Under the pieces are notes generated by a model that saw only the letters and a list, made by a program, of their open reading frames with translations, did not search any database and was not told the origin of the DNA. 64,000 nucleotides of DNA from Clostridia bacterium (GTDB lineage Bacteria > Bacillota > Clostridia > Oscillospirales > CAG-272): the NCBI GenBank assembly GCA_017532025.1, contig JAFXJX010000092.1, forward strand, positions 22,642-86,641, written 5' to 3'. A program made the position numbers and the translations under genes. Below are positions 7,639-17,088 of the stretch, one piece after another (positions within the stretch are counted from its first letter, which is position 1; the number at the start of each line of letters is the position of its first letter).

Positions 7639-9276
7639 TTATTTAGGCAATCTGTCACAAAACATCAAAAGGTTTGATGTTACTTTTTCATCCTCTGTAA
7701 GAGGACGAAACGTACCGTTTTCATAAAGAATATCCATAACCATTAGCGCAACTGTTCGTCCGACAAAGCCACCGGTTCTATAAGTTACTACAAGATCCCG
7801 CATCTGCGGCGGATACTCTTTCGCAATCAGCATTGCTCGCTCCAATGCATAGTCTGCTAAAGTTTTCTTAAGTTCTTCATCAAGTGATGGTAACTTGGAG
7901 AAGAACTCATTTTGGTCGCCATACATCACCATAATATTGACCTTGTTATCCTTAGTCAAATATCCACGATCTCTCAGACGGTCAAATTTTTCTTTGTTAG
8001 CAGGGGTATCTTCTATAGCCCCCATCATAAACTCGTACAAATATTCATAATCCGAAGTAAGATTGTTTTCCCAAGCACCCTTGCGCGAACAATAGCGTGT
8101 ATCGATCGACCAAGAATATACAGTGGGATATTTTTCCGACCAACGATTCATATTCCCACAAGCCCAATAAGATGGATAACTTTGGAACGGAACATACTCA
8201 GGATCACTCTGTGTTGCGGGAATAGAAACGTAAGCAATAAAATCACCGCCAGCCAAGGTCTTTATATGGTATTTTGAGAGATCTGTTTTGGGCGTGATAC
8301 TACATTTGTTGGTTATGGCGTAGAATATTGCAGCCGCTTCCAACAATTCTCGATTTCCGGTTGGAATATAAATATTCTTTACGTCAGCAACAGCTGCCCT
8401 TACCTGTGGTACATATTCACGTACCAAAAGCTTGGCGATCTCCATTTGCTTTTGCTTGCATTTGTCCTGCTGTTCAAGTGAGTATGTTTGGGGATTAAAA
8501 TCTACATATGTCGTGTAGCGATTTCCTGCTTGCTCTACCAAAAAACCGTTTGCTACCAGTTCCTTAACGGCATCTTCAATATAAACGGGAGTAACGCCCA
8601 ACTCTTCAGCGATTTCAACCATTGTTCTCGGAGTATGGTAAACGCTATATACAATATTTAGATTTAATTTGTTTTTCAAATAAAACTCGGTTGCCCCATT
8701 CTGCCCCGGATTCCCGCCATGACCAAAGCTTTCTGCTTCAATTGGTTTGATACCAAGTTTTCCGATTTTTCTTTCCATTATAAAACCTTCTTTCAATTCA
8801 TTTCTTGCCTTGTTCAGATGCCATTTGATTGTACCCTCGGGAATTTCTATTTCTTTGGCAATTGTAGAGATAGACTTGTTTTCGTAATAAAATGAATATA
8901 TGATTTTACGACGTATCTGTGTTAAAAAAGCAATTTCGCGCCGTAACAAATCAATCTTCGCTTCGGAATCCTCGTCCGCAATCAATGCCTCGTCCGCAAT
9001 CAATGTATTATCGGAAATACTTATTCCGTCTATCGAAATTCCTTCTCTTTTTTTCTTGTGAGATACAAATTTCGAATAAACATGCTTGGAGATTCTCCAA
9101 ATATATCCGTCTACATTTAGTATTTCATTTGCCGAAAGCAAAGATAAATAAACTTCTGAAACAATATCAGAGCTTAATTCTTCCGCTTCTTCATAAGAAA
9201 ATGATTTTTTCATGGCAAAACCATAAATTTTAGGCAGATACTCAACGATCAACTCGTCTGCTTGTTGTTTTTTCAT
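7639..9276 (-). CDS. Sigma-70 family (ECF-like) RNA polymerase sigma factor fused to a large soluble C-terminal domain containing a second winged-helix-like segment
   Basis: The N-terminal ~170 aa have a sigma region 2-like segment (IVEYLPKIYGFAMKK...DIVSEVYLSLL). They also have a region 4 HTH (KSISTIAKEIEIPEGTIKWHLNKARNELK). About 370 further residues follow with no TM segment. The ATG at 9276 has a GAGG 7 nt upstream. The gene is visibly AT-rich. Confidence 0.7.
   Translation of the reverse strand: MKKQQADELIVEYLPKIYGFAMKKSFSYEEAEELSSDIVSEVYLSLLSANEILNVDGYIWRISKHVYSKFVSHKKKREGISIDGISISDNTLIADEALIADEDSEAKIDLLRREIAFLTQIRRKIIYSFYYENKSISTIAKEIEIPEGTIKWHLNKARNELKEGFIMERKIGKLGIKPIEAESFGHGGNPGQNGATEFYLKNKLNLNIVYSVYHTPRTMVEIAEELGVTPVYIEDAVKELVANGFLVEQAGNRYTTYVDFNPQTYSLEQQDKCKQKQMEIAKLLVREYVPQVRAAVADVKNIYIPTGNRELLEAAAIFYAITNKCSITPKTDLSKYHIKTLAGGDFIAYVSIPATQSDPEYVPFQSYPSYWACGNMNRWSEKYPTVYSWSIDTRYCSRKGAWENNLTSDYEYLYEFMMGAIEDTPANKEKFDRLRDRGYLTKDNKVNIMVMYGDQNEFFSKLPSLDEELKKTLADYALERAMLIAKEYPPQMRDLVVTYRTGGFVGRTVALMVMDILYENGTFRPLTEDEKVTSNLLMFCDRLPK
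8970..9005. repeat. Perfect 18-bp tandem duplication inside the sigma-fusion gene
   Basis: CCTCGTCCGCAATCAATG occurs at 8970-8987 and again, immediately adjacent, at 8988-9005. It is in frame and encodes the duplicated peptide LIADEA/LIADED in the linker between the sigma regions. Confidence 0.9.
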
Positions 9277-9498
9277 TTTATTACCTCGGTACCGTTTGCC
9301 CATATAGTGGAAAGAAATGCAAAAAGGTTGGCAGTTTTGAAATGATTATATCACAAATTTCTAAATTTGTATACGTTTAATTCGCATTTACATCCACAAA
9401 AGCAGTGCTTGTCAGGAAAATTGACAAACTTTCGGAACGCACAAATCAAAGGATCCCTCCCGGAGGAAGGCTATTTTATCCCCCGACAGTATGGAAAA

Positions 9499-9534
9499 GG
9501 AGTACGAACAAATCGTCCGTACTCCTTTTGTTTT
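9499..9534. terminator. Intrinsic-terminator-like hairpin (works on either strand)
   Basis: GGAGTACG-11 nt-CGTACTCC is followed by TTTTGTTTT on the plus strand and by TTTTCC on the minus strand. Confidence 0.5.
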
Positions 9535-9558
9535 GCGGCAGGTAAACCTGCTTTATGG

Positions 9559-9581
9559 AAAACTCCCCCACGGGGAGTTTT
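9559..9581 (-). terminator. Intrinsic terminator of the divIC-like gene
   Basis: AAAACTCCCC-GTG-GGGGAGTTTT starts at the stop codon of the 9581-9874 gene. Confidence 0.6.
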
Positions 9582-9874
9582 TATTCTTCATCCTGATCCT
9601 CGGCAACGATCTGCTCTTCGCCGGGGAAATAATAGCCAAGCTTTCGCATGATGCGAATGATATATTCGTCGGTCACGTCGAGCGAAAGGTCATGCTCGTA
9701 TTTTTCATTTTCGGCAATCAAAGCCTCTTTCTGCGCGCGAAGACGCTCAAGCTCCTCGTCTTTTTCACCGCTGGCAACCTGCGTGGAAATCACCGTCACA
9801 AGCGCCACGGCGGCAACCATCAGACAGATCGCAATGAGATAGACCTTCTTTTTCATCAACAACTGTTTCATCAT
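9581..9874 (-). CDS. divIC: Septum formation initiator family protein (DivIC/FtsB-like)
   Basis: It has a single N-terminal TM segment (VYLIAICLMVAAVALVTVI) and then a coiled coil (EELERLRAQKEALIAENEKYEHDL). It sits after yabQ, as in the Bacillus yabP-yabQ-divIC order. The ATG at 9874 has an AAAGG RBS. Confidence 0.7.
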   Translation of the reverse strand: MMKQLLMKKKVYLIAICLMVAAVALVTVISTQVASGEKDEELERLRAQKEALIAENEKYEHDLSLDVTDEYIIRIMRKLGYYFPGEEQIVAEDQDEE

Positions 9875-9896
9875 GCACAACCTTTTTTCATTAACA

Positions 9897-10388
9897 TTAC
9901 AGTCGGCGAATGCCGACAAGATAACCCTTTTCACCAAGATGCGAGAGCTTTGCAAAAAAGCGCTTGGCTCTTCGCCGTTTTCCAATCAACGCCACACGGT
10001 CAAAAATCCGCTTCATAAAGCGAAAAGCAAACGCAAACGGCAGCTTCACAAGAGACAAAAGCCGCAAAAGAAGCGGATATGTCACCCTCGACAAAGTCAC
10101 GCGGAAGAGACAAAAGCCGAGAATTGCCATCACAAACGCCGAGGGGCGCACCTTGCCGCTGTTGGTGACGTAAAAAAGAATCGACATCACCGCGCCGCTA
10201 AAAGTAAAAAACAAAAAATCCTCAAGCGAGATACAACAAGCGTTCAAAAAACGAAAAACCTTCTTGTTGGGCTTTCGGAGTGTACGCAAAAGGCGAATGC
10301 CGTCGTACACAAATGCCAGCGCAAAGCCGATGACAAACGCCGAGATCAGCAGAATGAGCAGCTTTTTTTGCGAAAGATAAAGCGTCAT
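9897..10388 (-). CDS. yabQ: Spore cortex biosynthesis protein YabQ
   Basis: This is a 163-aa multi-pass membrane protein directly downstream of yabP, overlapping it by 4 nt. Size and position are typical for YabQ. Confidence 0.7.
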   Translation of the reverse strand: MTLYLSQKKLLILLISAFVIGFALAFVYDGIRLLRTLRKPNKKVFRFLNACCISLEDFLFFTFSGAVMSILFYVTNSGKVRPSAFVMAILGFCLFRVTLSRVTYPLLLRLLSLVKLPFAFAFRFMKRIFDRVALIGKRRRAKRFFAKLSHLGEKGYLVGIRRL

Positions 10389-10657
10389 TTACGGCGACCG
10401 AACAACCCTTTTTTGTGCGTGGCGCGCTCATCGGTATAGTAAATGCCGCTGATTTTGCCCTCGAGCGACACGCGCCCTGCTTCCATATCCATTTTCTTCA
10501 CGCGCATTTCCTCCCCCTCCACCACCAAAAGTCCAAGTGACGTGGAAAGCGAGACCAAGCCGTCATCAAACGACAAAACGTCGATCACACCGTCGGCATC
10601 CAAAGCTTTTCTTGCCAGAAGTGTGATATTTCCCGATGCTTCGGTATATTTTTCCAT
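10385..10657 (-). CDS. yabP: Sporulation protein YabP
   Basis: The sequence (GNITLLARKALDADGVIDVLSFDDGLVSLSTSLGLLVVEGEEMRVKKMDMEAGRVSLEGKISGIYY) is a typical YabP-family pattern. The ATG at 10657 has an AAGGGA RBS. An alternative ATG lies at 10681. Confidence 0.75.
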   Translation of the reverse strand: MEKYTEASGNITLLARKALDADGVIDVLSFDDGLVSLSTSLGLLVVEGEEMRVKKMDMEAGRVSLEGKISGIYYTDERATHKKGLFGRRK

Positions 10658-10714
10658 GGTAAGTTCCCTTTCATACAGCATGTCATAGCTATGTGTATGT
10701 GGAAGTGTGTCTGT

Positions 10715-10963
10715 TTATTCCTGTGAGAGTACCTCAAACATCGAGGAGGCTTCGGCTTTGCCGATATGCTCGGTAATCGCCGTTACGCGTACTGTCAAAG
10801 TTCTTTGACCGAATTTGATCTCGATCACGTCGCCAATCTTCACCTGATAGGAAGGCTTAACCACCTTACCGTTCACCGAAATATGCTCGCCGTCACAAGC
10901 GTCACTCGCCACGGTGCGGCGTTTGATCAGACGCGAGACCTTCAAATATTTATCAATTCTCAT
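10715..10963 (-). CDS. yabO: S4-domain RNA-binding protein (YabO/Hsp15-like)
   Basis: MRIDKYLKVSRLIKRRTVASDACDGEHISVNGKVVKPSYQVKIGDVIEI matches the S4 domain signature. Synteny with mazG and yabP supports the call. Confidence 0.85.
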   Translation of the reverse strand: MRIDKYLKVSRLIKRRTVASDACDGEHISVNGKVVKPSYQVKIGDVIEIKFGQRTLTVRVTAITEHIGKAEASSMFEVLSQE

Positions 10964-11613
10964 GACAAAACTTCCTTTTCCTTGGCATCCACCTCGTCAA
11001 TGCGGCGGTTGCAGGCATCAAAAAGTGCCTTTTCGGGGTCAATACCGCTTTCGTTGCAAAGCGCGCAAATATCAAACAGCATATCACCCACAGTCTCTTC
11101 CAAGGGCTTGGCATAGCCGCCCTTCTTTGCCTTTTTGGCAATCTTGGCAGCGCGCATCAAAGACGGCAGCGTGCGCGAAACCGATGAAAGACTTTCGGTT
11201 ACGGTTTCACGCTTTTTGGTCTCTTCCTTGATCTTTTCCCAGTTGACAAGCACCTCGCCCGAATTTTCCACCTGAATGTCGCCAAACACATGAGGATGGC
11301 GCACCACAAGCTTGCGGCAGACCTCGTCAGCCACGTCGTCAAAGCTAAAATCCCCCGCTTCTTCCGAAATGCGGGCATGGAATACCACCTGCAGCAGCAC
11401 GTCGCCAAGCTCCTCGCGAAGCAGCGGTACGTCGGCAGTATCAATGGCTTCCACCACTTCATAGGTCTCTTCAATAAAATTCTGGCGAATCGATTCGTGC
11501 GTCTGCTCCCTATCCCACGGACAGCCGTTTTCCGAACGGAGCACCTCCATAATCGTCAAAAGATCGTTCACCGTATAGCGTTCCTTGTTTTTGAGTTCTT
11601 CAATGCGATTCAT
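10960..11613 (-). CDS. mazG: Nucleoside triphosphate pyrophosphohydrolase MazG
   Basis: The motifs LRSENGCPWDREQTHESIRQNFIEETYEVVEAID and EELGDVLLQVVFHARI are MazG-type. The ATG at 11613 has an AAAGGA RBS. An alternative start lies at 11637. Confidence 0.85.
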   Translation of the reverse strand: MNRIEELKNKERYTVNDLLTIMEVLRSENGCPWDREQTHESIRQNFIEETYEVVEAIDTADVPLLREELGDVLLQVVFHARISEEAGDFSFDDVADEVCRKLVVRHPHVFGDIQVENSGEVLVNWEKIKEETKKRETVTESLSSVSRTLPSLMRAAKIAKKAKKGGYAKPLEETVGDMLFDICALCNESGIDPEKALFDACNRRIDEVDAKEKEVLS

Positions 11614-11644
11614 AATCGAATCCTTTCTTTTTATCATTCAGTCA

Positions 11645-13269
11645 TTATGACAATATATGCAGTTTTTGCAGTTTTTTGGCGAGTTTTTCCGAAAGTCCAA
11701 GTGAAATGGCATCTTCAAGCGTTACCGCTTTCAAACAAGATACCATCAAAAGAAACACAAGCACACCTGCCGCAATGGCAAGTAGCGTAGCAAGCGCTTC
11801 ATAGGGCAAAACATTTGATAATAAGCGATTGGCAAACAGTGACGCAACAGCCATGGGAAGCGATGCCAAAAATGGCTTTACCAAAAGCTTTCCGAGTGAA
11901 ATACCGCCGCACGAGCGGGCAAGATAGCCGAGATTTAAGGCGGCAACCACCGTATAGCAAAGAAAAGTCCCCACAGGGGTTGCGATCATACCAAAGCGAA
12001 GCATACCAAAATAGCTGACCGCGCATTTGGTGAAAATCCCAACACCAATGGCAAAAATCGGAAACCACAGCTTGCCGTACGCCTGCAAGAGCGAGTTTGT
12101 TACGGTTAGCAGTGCAAGCGGAAAAACAGACAGCGCTAACACAGCGAGAAGCGGCGTTGCCATTGCCACGCTTTCCTCGCTCGAAAACAAAAGCGAAAGA
12201 ATCGGCTTGGAGAGAAGCGAAAGCCCAAACGATGCAGGAAGCGCCAAGAGGGATGCCAATGAGAGCGCGCGAAATGCGGCTTTTTGAGCGCAGATCGTGT
12301 CTTTGCGCGTCAATGCGCCCCTCACAAAGGGAGAAACCGAATAGGCAATCGGCAGAATCAAAACGGTTGGCATGTTGAAAAGCGGCACGGCAAGCGCTGT
12401 ATAATTGCCAAAGGCAGCATTCGCCTCTGCCACGCTATACCCGATCTTGCGAAGGGTACGCATCACCAAAAACAAATCGAGCGAGGAAGCAAGCGTCATC
12501 ACCGAAGCGCTGATCGTATGGGGAAGGCAAGCTTTGCTATCTTGCGAAGATTTTCTTTTCTCTCGAAAGAGGAGATCGCGCCGCAACACGCCGCCAGATG
12601 TCCTTCGTCAGAATCAAAGTGCCGTTTGCAAAGGTAAAGCGAGAGGGTGGCAAAAAACGATGCCAAGGTCAAGCCGAAAATGGCATACGCCGCAACCACA
12701 GAACGATTGTAATAGGAGAGCGCCAAAGAAGCAAACAAAAGCCCGAAGATAAACTTTCCGCCCGCCTCCAAAATCTGCGAAAGCGCAATCGGCACCATCC
12801 GCCGCCGTCCTTGAAAATAGCCGCGCAAAGCGCCGGCATAGGTCATAAACAAAAGCGTGGGAGAGACCGCCAAAATGCCTGCAGCAGCCTCCGACGAGCC
12901 CAAAAGACGCGAAAAATGCCGTGCGGGAAGCGCCATCAGGAGCATACCGAAAAAGCCCACGATCAAAAACAGTCGGGCAGCGCTTCTATACAGCTTGCCG
13001 GCTCCTCTCTCATCCCCCTTGGCAACCGATTCCGAAACCAATAAGGAAAGCGCCACGGGAAGACCCGAGGTTGCCAGCACAAAAAAGAGCGTATATACGG
13101 TGTATGCGGCATTGAAATATCCCATGCCCTCATCCCCCAAGAGATTGGTTAGGGGGATTTTATACACCATACCCAAGAATTTAACCAAAAGACCCGAAAC
13201 GGCAAGTGCCACCGTTCCCGAAGAAAAGCGAAGTGCCTTTTCCCTTTTGTTCAAACTGCCCACAGTCAT
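11645..13269 (-). pseudogene. MOP/MurJ-family flippase (SpoVB/YabM-like polysaccharide biosynthesis protein) split by a frameshift into 12499-13269 and 11645-12589
   Basis: Two overlapping ORFs in different frames together make a ~540-aa multi-pass protein. The N-terminal part reads GTVALAVSGLLVKFLGMVYKIPLTNLLGDEGMGYFNAAY. The frames exchange near 12515-12530: frame A reads LRKIAKLAFPI then stops, and frame B continues TISASVMTLASSLDL. The position before mazG matches Bacillus yabM. Confidence 0.65.
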
Positions 13270-13315
13270 GCCCGCCTCCGACAAACAGCCGCGAGCAAAA
13301 AAGTCAGCTTACGGC

Positions 13316-14581
13316 TTAATAATCACACACCCGTTTGAAATCATCCTTAATTCTTTCAATATCAAGCGTTGTGAATTCGCCGTTTTCATATACAATCTTG
13401 CCATCCACCACCGTCATCAAAACATCGCGCGAGGATGCGCTGTAAACGGCGGTGTAAGAGGCATCATAAGTAGGAATGGTATTCAAGGAGTCAAGCGACA
13501 GAAGCACAAGGTCGGCAGCATAGCCCACGCAGAGCTTACCCGCTTTTTCCCTTCGTTGTGCAAAGGCTCCGTTTTCTGTTGCCATTTTGAGAATATCGCC
13601 TGCCTTGCCGAGCGACGGATTTCGTAAGGTACCCTTGGCAAGAAGCGATGCGGTATAAATTTCGCGGAAAAGATCAAGCGAATTGTTAGAGGCGGCACCG
13701 TCTGTGCCAAGCGTAACGTTCACGCCTTTTTCGCACATCTTGGTGATGTTGGCAACACCGCTGCCAAGCTTCAAGTTACTGCAGGGATTGTGCGCCACAC
13801 TTGCGCCTTTTGCCGCCAGAATTTCCATATCGTCATCGGTGAGATACACACCGTGCGCGCAGGTCGCAGGCGCTTCAAACACGCCGCAATCGTCAAGAAA
13901 CGCGGTGGGCGTTTTGCCGTGACGGCCAATACACTCGTTATGCTCTTTTTCGGTTTCCGAAAGATGGATCTGCATCAAAAGCCCCGCATCCTTGGTGTAA
14001 GCCGCCACGTCGCGGATATAACCTTCCACGTTGGTATATTCGGCGTGGAGCGACATATCGATTTTGAGTCTTCCCTCGGCGGCATTGTGATAATTCTTCA
14101 CAAGCGCAACCGATTCAGCAAAGCGAGAATCACCCTTGATGCGTGCGGCAGGGTCAAACGAAACCAGCGAGCGCGAAAGGTTTGCTTTGATGCCCGATTC
14201 AATCACAGCCTCAGCCGTTTCTTCGCAGAAGAAATACATATCCGAAAACGAAACGATGCCGCCGCGAAGCATTTCGGCAATCGCAAGCTGAGACGCCACT
14301 CTCACCTTCTCGGGTGTGAGTCTGTCTTCGGCGGGATAAATGCGCGTGGTCAGCCAGGTATCCAGCGGCATATCCTCGCCGTAGCCGCGAAAGAGAGTCA
14401 TCGCAGCATGGCAATGGGTGTTGTAAAGCCCGGGCATCAAAAGATTGCCGCGGCAATCCACCTCGCGGTCAAACGCCCCTTCGGGGCGCTTAATACCAAT
14501 ATAGGAGATCACGCGCTCAGTAACAGACACAAAAGCCGTTGTGTTATCGAGCAGACGCGCGTTTTTGAACAAAATTGTCAT
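13316..14581 (-). CDS. mtaD: Amidohydrolase, 5-methylthioadenosine/S-adenosylhomocysteine deaminase-like (MtaD)
   Basis: The sequence contains LMPGLYNTHCHAAMTLFRGYGEDMPLDTWL, later HLSET, and a C-terminal GTDGAASNN. These are motifs of the MtaD/chlorohydrolase subgroup. Confidence 0.8.
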   Translation of the reverse strand: MTILFKNARLLDNTTAFVSVTERVISYIGIKRPEGAFDREVDCRGNLLMPGLYNTHCHAAMTLFRGYGEDMPLDTWLTTRIYPAEDRLTPEKVRVASQLAIAEMLRGGIVSFSDMYFFCEETAEAVIESGIKANLSRSLVSFDPAARIKGDSRFAESVALVKNYHNAAEGRLKIDMSLHAEYTNVEGYIRDVAAYTKDAGLLMQIHLSETEKEHNECIGRHGKTPTAFLDDCGVFEAPATCAHGVYLTDDDMEILAAKGASVAHNPCSNLKLGSGVANITKMCEKGVNVTLGTDGAASNNSLDLFREIYTASLLAKGTLRNPSLGKAGDILKMATENGAFAQRREKAGKLCVGYAADLVLLSLDSLNTIPTYDASYTAVYSASSRDVLMTVVDGKIVYENGEFTTLDIERIKDDFKRVCDY

Positions 14582-14596
14582 AAAATTTCCTTTCTG

Positions 14597-15532
14597 TTAG
14601 AAAACAGACTCATCCTTTTGCCCAATAAACTCGCGGAAGATCGAGTGGTCGGGCACGTATTTTGCGGAAATCGAAGGAATCTTTTCATATTCCTTGATCA
14701 AATTCACCGCTTGCTCTTTATATCGGTTATCTTGGGGTACAAGCGAAAGATAATGCATCAGGTAATCGCGGATCACAAACGGCTCATACGCCATGGTGGA
14801 ATCAATCCGAAAATCCACTTGGTCTTCATACGGCATAATGTGACGCTCTTCATTGGCTCTCACACCCTCCCAAAGATAAAAGGTGTATTCGGGCGCAGCG
14901 CTTCGATAGCGGAAATCACGCACCAAACGGCGCGCAAAACGAAGCTCGTGTGAGGAAAAGAGCTCCTCACCGATTTTCAGAGAGGTTGCGGGACGGATCG
15001 AAAGAGAAACCACGCCCTCCTCACCGAGAATTTCGAGCACGTTCGGGTAGATTGCCTGAATGCCCTCAAACAAAAAGAAATCGGCATCTTTTCCGCAAAA
15101 CGGCGTGGTGCTCACGCACTTGCCTTCCACAAAGCTGTAGCGCGGAAGCTCTGCCACTTCGCCAAGGCGCAATTTGTGCACACAGTCGGCAAGAAGTGAA
15201 AGATTGATCGTGGTTGGCGAATCAAAGTCAATCGGCTTACCGCTTGCTTTGGCGCGCTCCAATAAAATGTCACGGTCAATATAAAAATCGTCGATGGATA
15301 TGGTTTTCACACGGATACCGCGTGAAAGAAACGCGTGGCAAATACGATCGGATGCCGTGGTTTTGCCCGAGCAGGTAGGCCCTGACAATGCAATGAATGT
15401 CTTGCCGCTTTGTAATACCGCATCGGCGGCGGCATCCACTTGCGCCAAAAAGCGTTCCTCGCAAGATCTGACGAAATCGAAAGTATCTTGCTCGGTCTTA
15501 AAATCATAAATAACAGATTGGATCTTATCCAT
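14597..15532 (-). CDS. Uridine kinase-family P-loop nucleoside kinase
   Basis: It has a Walker A motif (LSGPTCSGKTT) and a Udk-like core (ISIDDFY, PRYSF, FEGIQA). AAAGGAGG is spaced best for the ATG at 15532. An alternative ATG lies at 15538. Confidence 0.65.
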   Translation of the reverse strand: MDKIQSVIYDFKTEQDTFDFVRSCEERFLAQVDAAADAVLQSGKTFIALSGPTCSGKTTASDRICHAFLSRGIRVKTISIDDFYIDRDILLERAKASGKPIDFDSPTTINLSLLADCVHKLRLGEVAELPRYSFVEGKCVSTTPFCGKDADFFLFEGIQAIYPNVLEILGEEGVVSLSIRPATSLKIGEELFSSHELRFARRLVRDFRYRSAAPEYTFYLWEGVRANEERHIMPYEDQVDFRIDSTMAYEPFVIRDYLMHYLSLVPQDNRYKEQAVNLIKEYEKIPSISAKYVPDHSIFREFIGQKDESVF

Positions 15533-15574
15533 AGTCATCCTCCTTTGGGAGTCGGCTGACCTTCCTTAACCCTT

Positions 15575-17065
15575 TCAAAAATCCCGATAGGTATCAAAGA
15601 AGTGATATATTTTCTCGATGTACTGTGTGCGGATTTCTTCCTCTGTCATCTTGAGATACTCAAAAGGATATTTCGGCATAAAGTATCTTTCAATCTTGGC
15701 GGCAGGACGGGAAACCAGCTTGGTAACCGAACCTGCACCAACGGCAAAAATATGCTGAAGCTCTTCCATGATCAAAACATTATAAATGCCTTCCGCCCCC
15801 GGCAGAGAGAAACCAACGTTTTCAAGGTTACCCACCGTATTCTTCTGACGGTAAATGTAATAGGGCAAATAACCCGCCAGCTTTGCCTTGACCTGCGAAT
15901 AATCCACACTCTTTTGCGCTTCTCCGCCTGAAATGGCATAATTGTCAAGACCGCTTCCCGCGGCAAAATCGGCGGATTTTTTGATGCAGAAGGTGTGAAT
16001 CGTCAAATTATCGGGGCGCATTTTCAAAATGGTATCCACACTTTTGGAGAAAGAACGGTAGCTGTCACCGGGAAGACCTGCGATCAGGTCGGTATTGATA
16101 TATTGTATGCCGGAAGAACGGGCAATATCATATGCCTTGAAAAAATCCTCGCTTGTGTGGCATCTGCCGATACGAAGGAGCACTTCATCGTTTAAGGTCT
16201 GCGGATTGATGCTCATACGGGTAACACCCGCATCCACCATCAGTCTTACCTTTTCTTCGGTGATGGTATCGGGTCTGCCGGCTTCGCAGGTAAATTCGTC
16301 AAGCTTTTTGGGATCAATATGCTCGGCAATCTTATCAAAGATCATACCAAGCTGCCCCGCTGTCAGCGTGGTGGGCGTTCCGCCGCCAATATAGACGGTT
16401 GAAAGCTTCAAGCCCTTTTCGCGTATGATGTCAAACACCATATCAATATCGTTTAAGAGTCTTGCGAGATAATCGGGAATCAAAGCCTGTAGCTTCTTTG
16501 TGGCGTAAGATACAAAGGAACAGTAGGCACAGCGTGTGGGGCAGAACGGAATCGAAATATAAAGACTGCAGGAATTCGGTGTTAAGGATTGAATGATTCT
16601 TTGCTCGTTCACCGTAACGGCGTTGAGAAGCGCCGCTTTTTTGGGATTGAGAAAATACTCGTGGCGAAGCGCTTTTTTTACGTGGAATTCACTGCCGCCA
16701 AGCGATTCATACAGCTGACGCGCAATCTTGGCAGGACGAATGCCTGTGAGAATCCCCCACGCAGGTGTGTAGCCGAAAAAGCTTTCTCCCGCTTTGAAAA
16801 CAGCCTTGCCCACAGCAATCTTCCCCGCACGCTTTTCATCCCCGTCTTTGATCGGCTGGGTAAATTCAGCAGAAGCGGATTGCTCGCCCACCTGAATCTT
16901 GGCATAGGCAAAGATCTTGTCCTCCTCGTTATGCGTGGTTACCGTAACAACAGGAGTCTCATCGGTCACCACTTCATCCTGCGCAAACTTCGCTCCGGGA
17001 AAGAAGATCATACAAAGAGTTTGTATATAATTGACATTGACATCGGTATCGAGTATCAGTTTCAT
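15575..17065 (-). CDS. hemZ: Radical SAM coproporphyrinogen dehydrogenase-like protein HemZ
   Basis: The 496-aa protein has the radical-SAM cluster motif FCPTRCAYCSF and a HemN-like core. Its position after dtd is typical for Firmicutes. Confidence 0.75.
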   Translation of the reverse strand: MKLILDTDVNVNYIQTLCMIFFPGAKFAQDEVVTDETPVVTVTTHNEEDKIFAYAKIQVGEQSASAEFTQPIKDGDEKRAGKIAVGKAVFKAGESFFGYTPAWGILTGIRPAKIARQLYESLGGSEFHVKKALRHEYFLNPKKAALLNAVTVNEQRIIQSLTPNSCSLYISIPFCPTRCAYCSFVSYATKKLQALIPDYLARLLNDIDMVFDIIREKGLKLSTVYIGGGTPTTLTAGQLGMIFDKIAEHIDPKKLDEFTCEAGRPDTITEEKVRLMVDAGVTRMSINPQTLNDEVLLRIGRCHTSEDFFKAYDIARSSGIQYINTDLIAGLPGDSYRSFSKSVDTILKMRPDNLTIHTFCIKKSADFAAGSGLDNYAISGGEAQKSVDYSQVKAKLAGYLPYYIYRQKNTVGNLENVGFSLPGAEGIYNVLIMEELQHIFAVGAGSVTKLVSRPAAKIERYFMPKYPFEYLKMTEEEIRTQYIEKIYHFFDTYRDF

Positions 17066-17088
17066 AGTCTTTGTCCTTTACCGAGCAT

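Noticed and set aside
9304-9580. Possible small plus-strand gene or sRNA ending at the 9499-9534 terminator-like hairpin
   Set aside because: There is no convincing promoter or ORF upstream on the plus strand. The hairpins are adequately explained as tandem or bidirectional terminators downstream of the divIC-like gene.
13790-14953. 387-aa plus ORF, and similar long antisense ORFs at 17648-18709, 20553-21470, 33415-34563, 49516-50457, 53267-54328 and 59469-60326
   Set aside because: Each lies opposite a confidently identified gene (mtaD, relA, recJ, fumC, activase, degV, argJ). Each has the Arg/His/Lys/Gly-rich composition typical of antisense frames in mid-to-high GC coding DNA.
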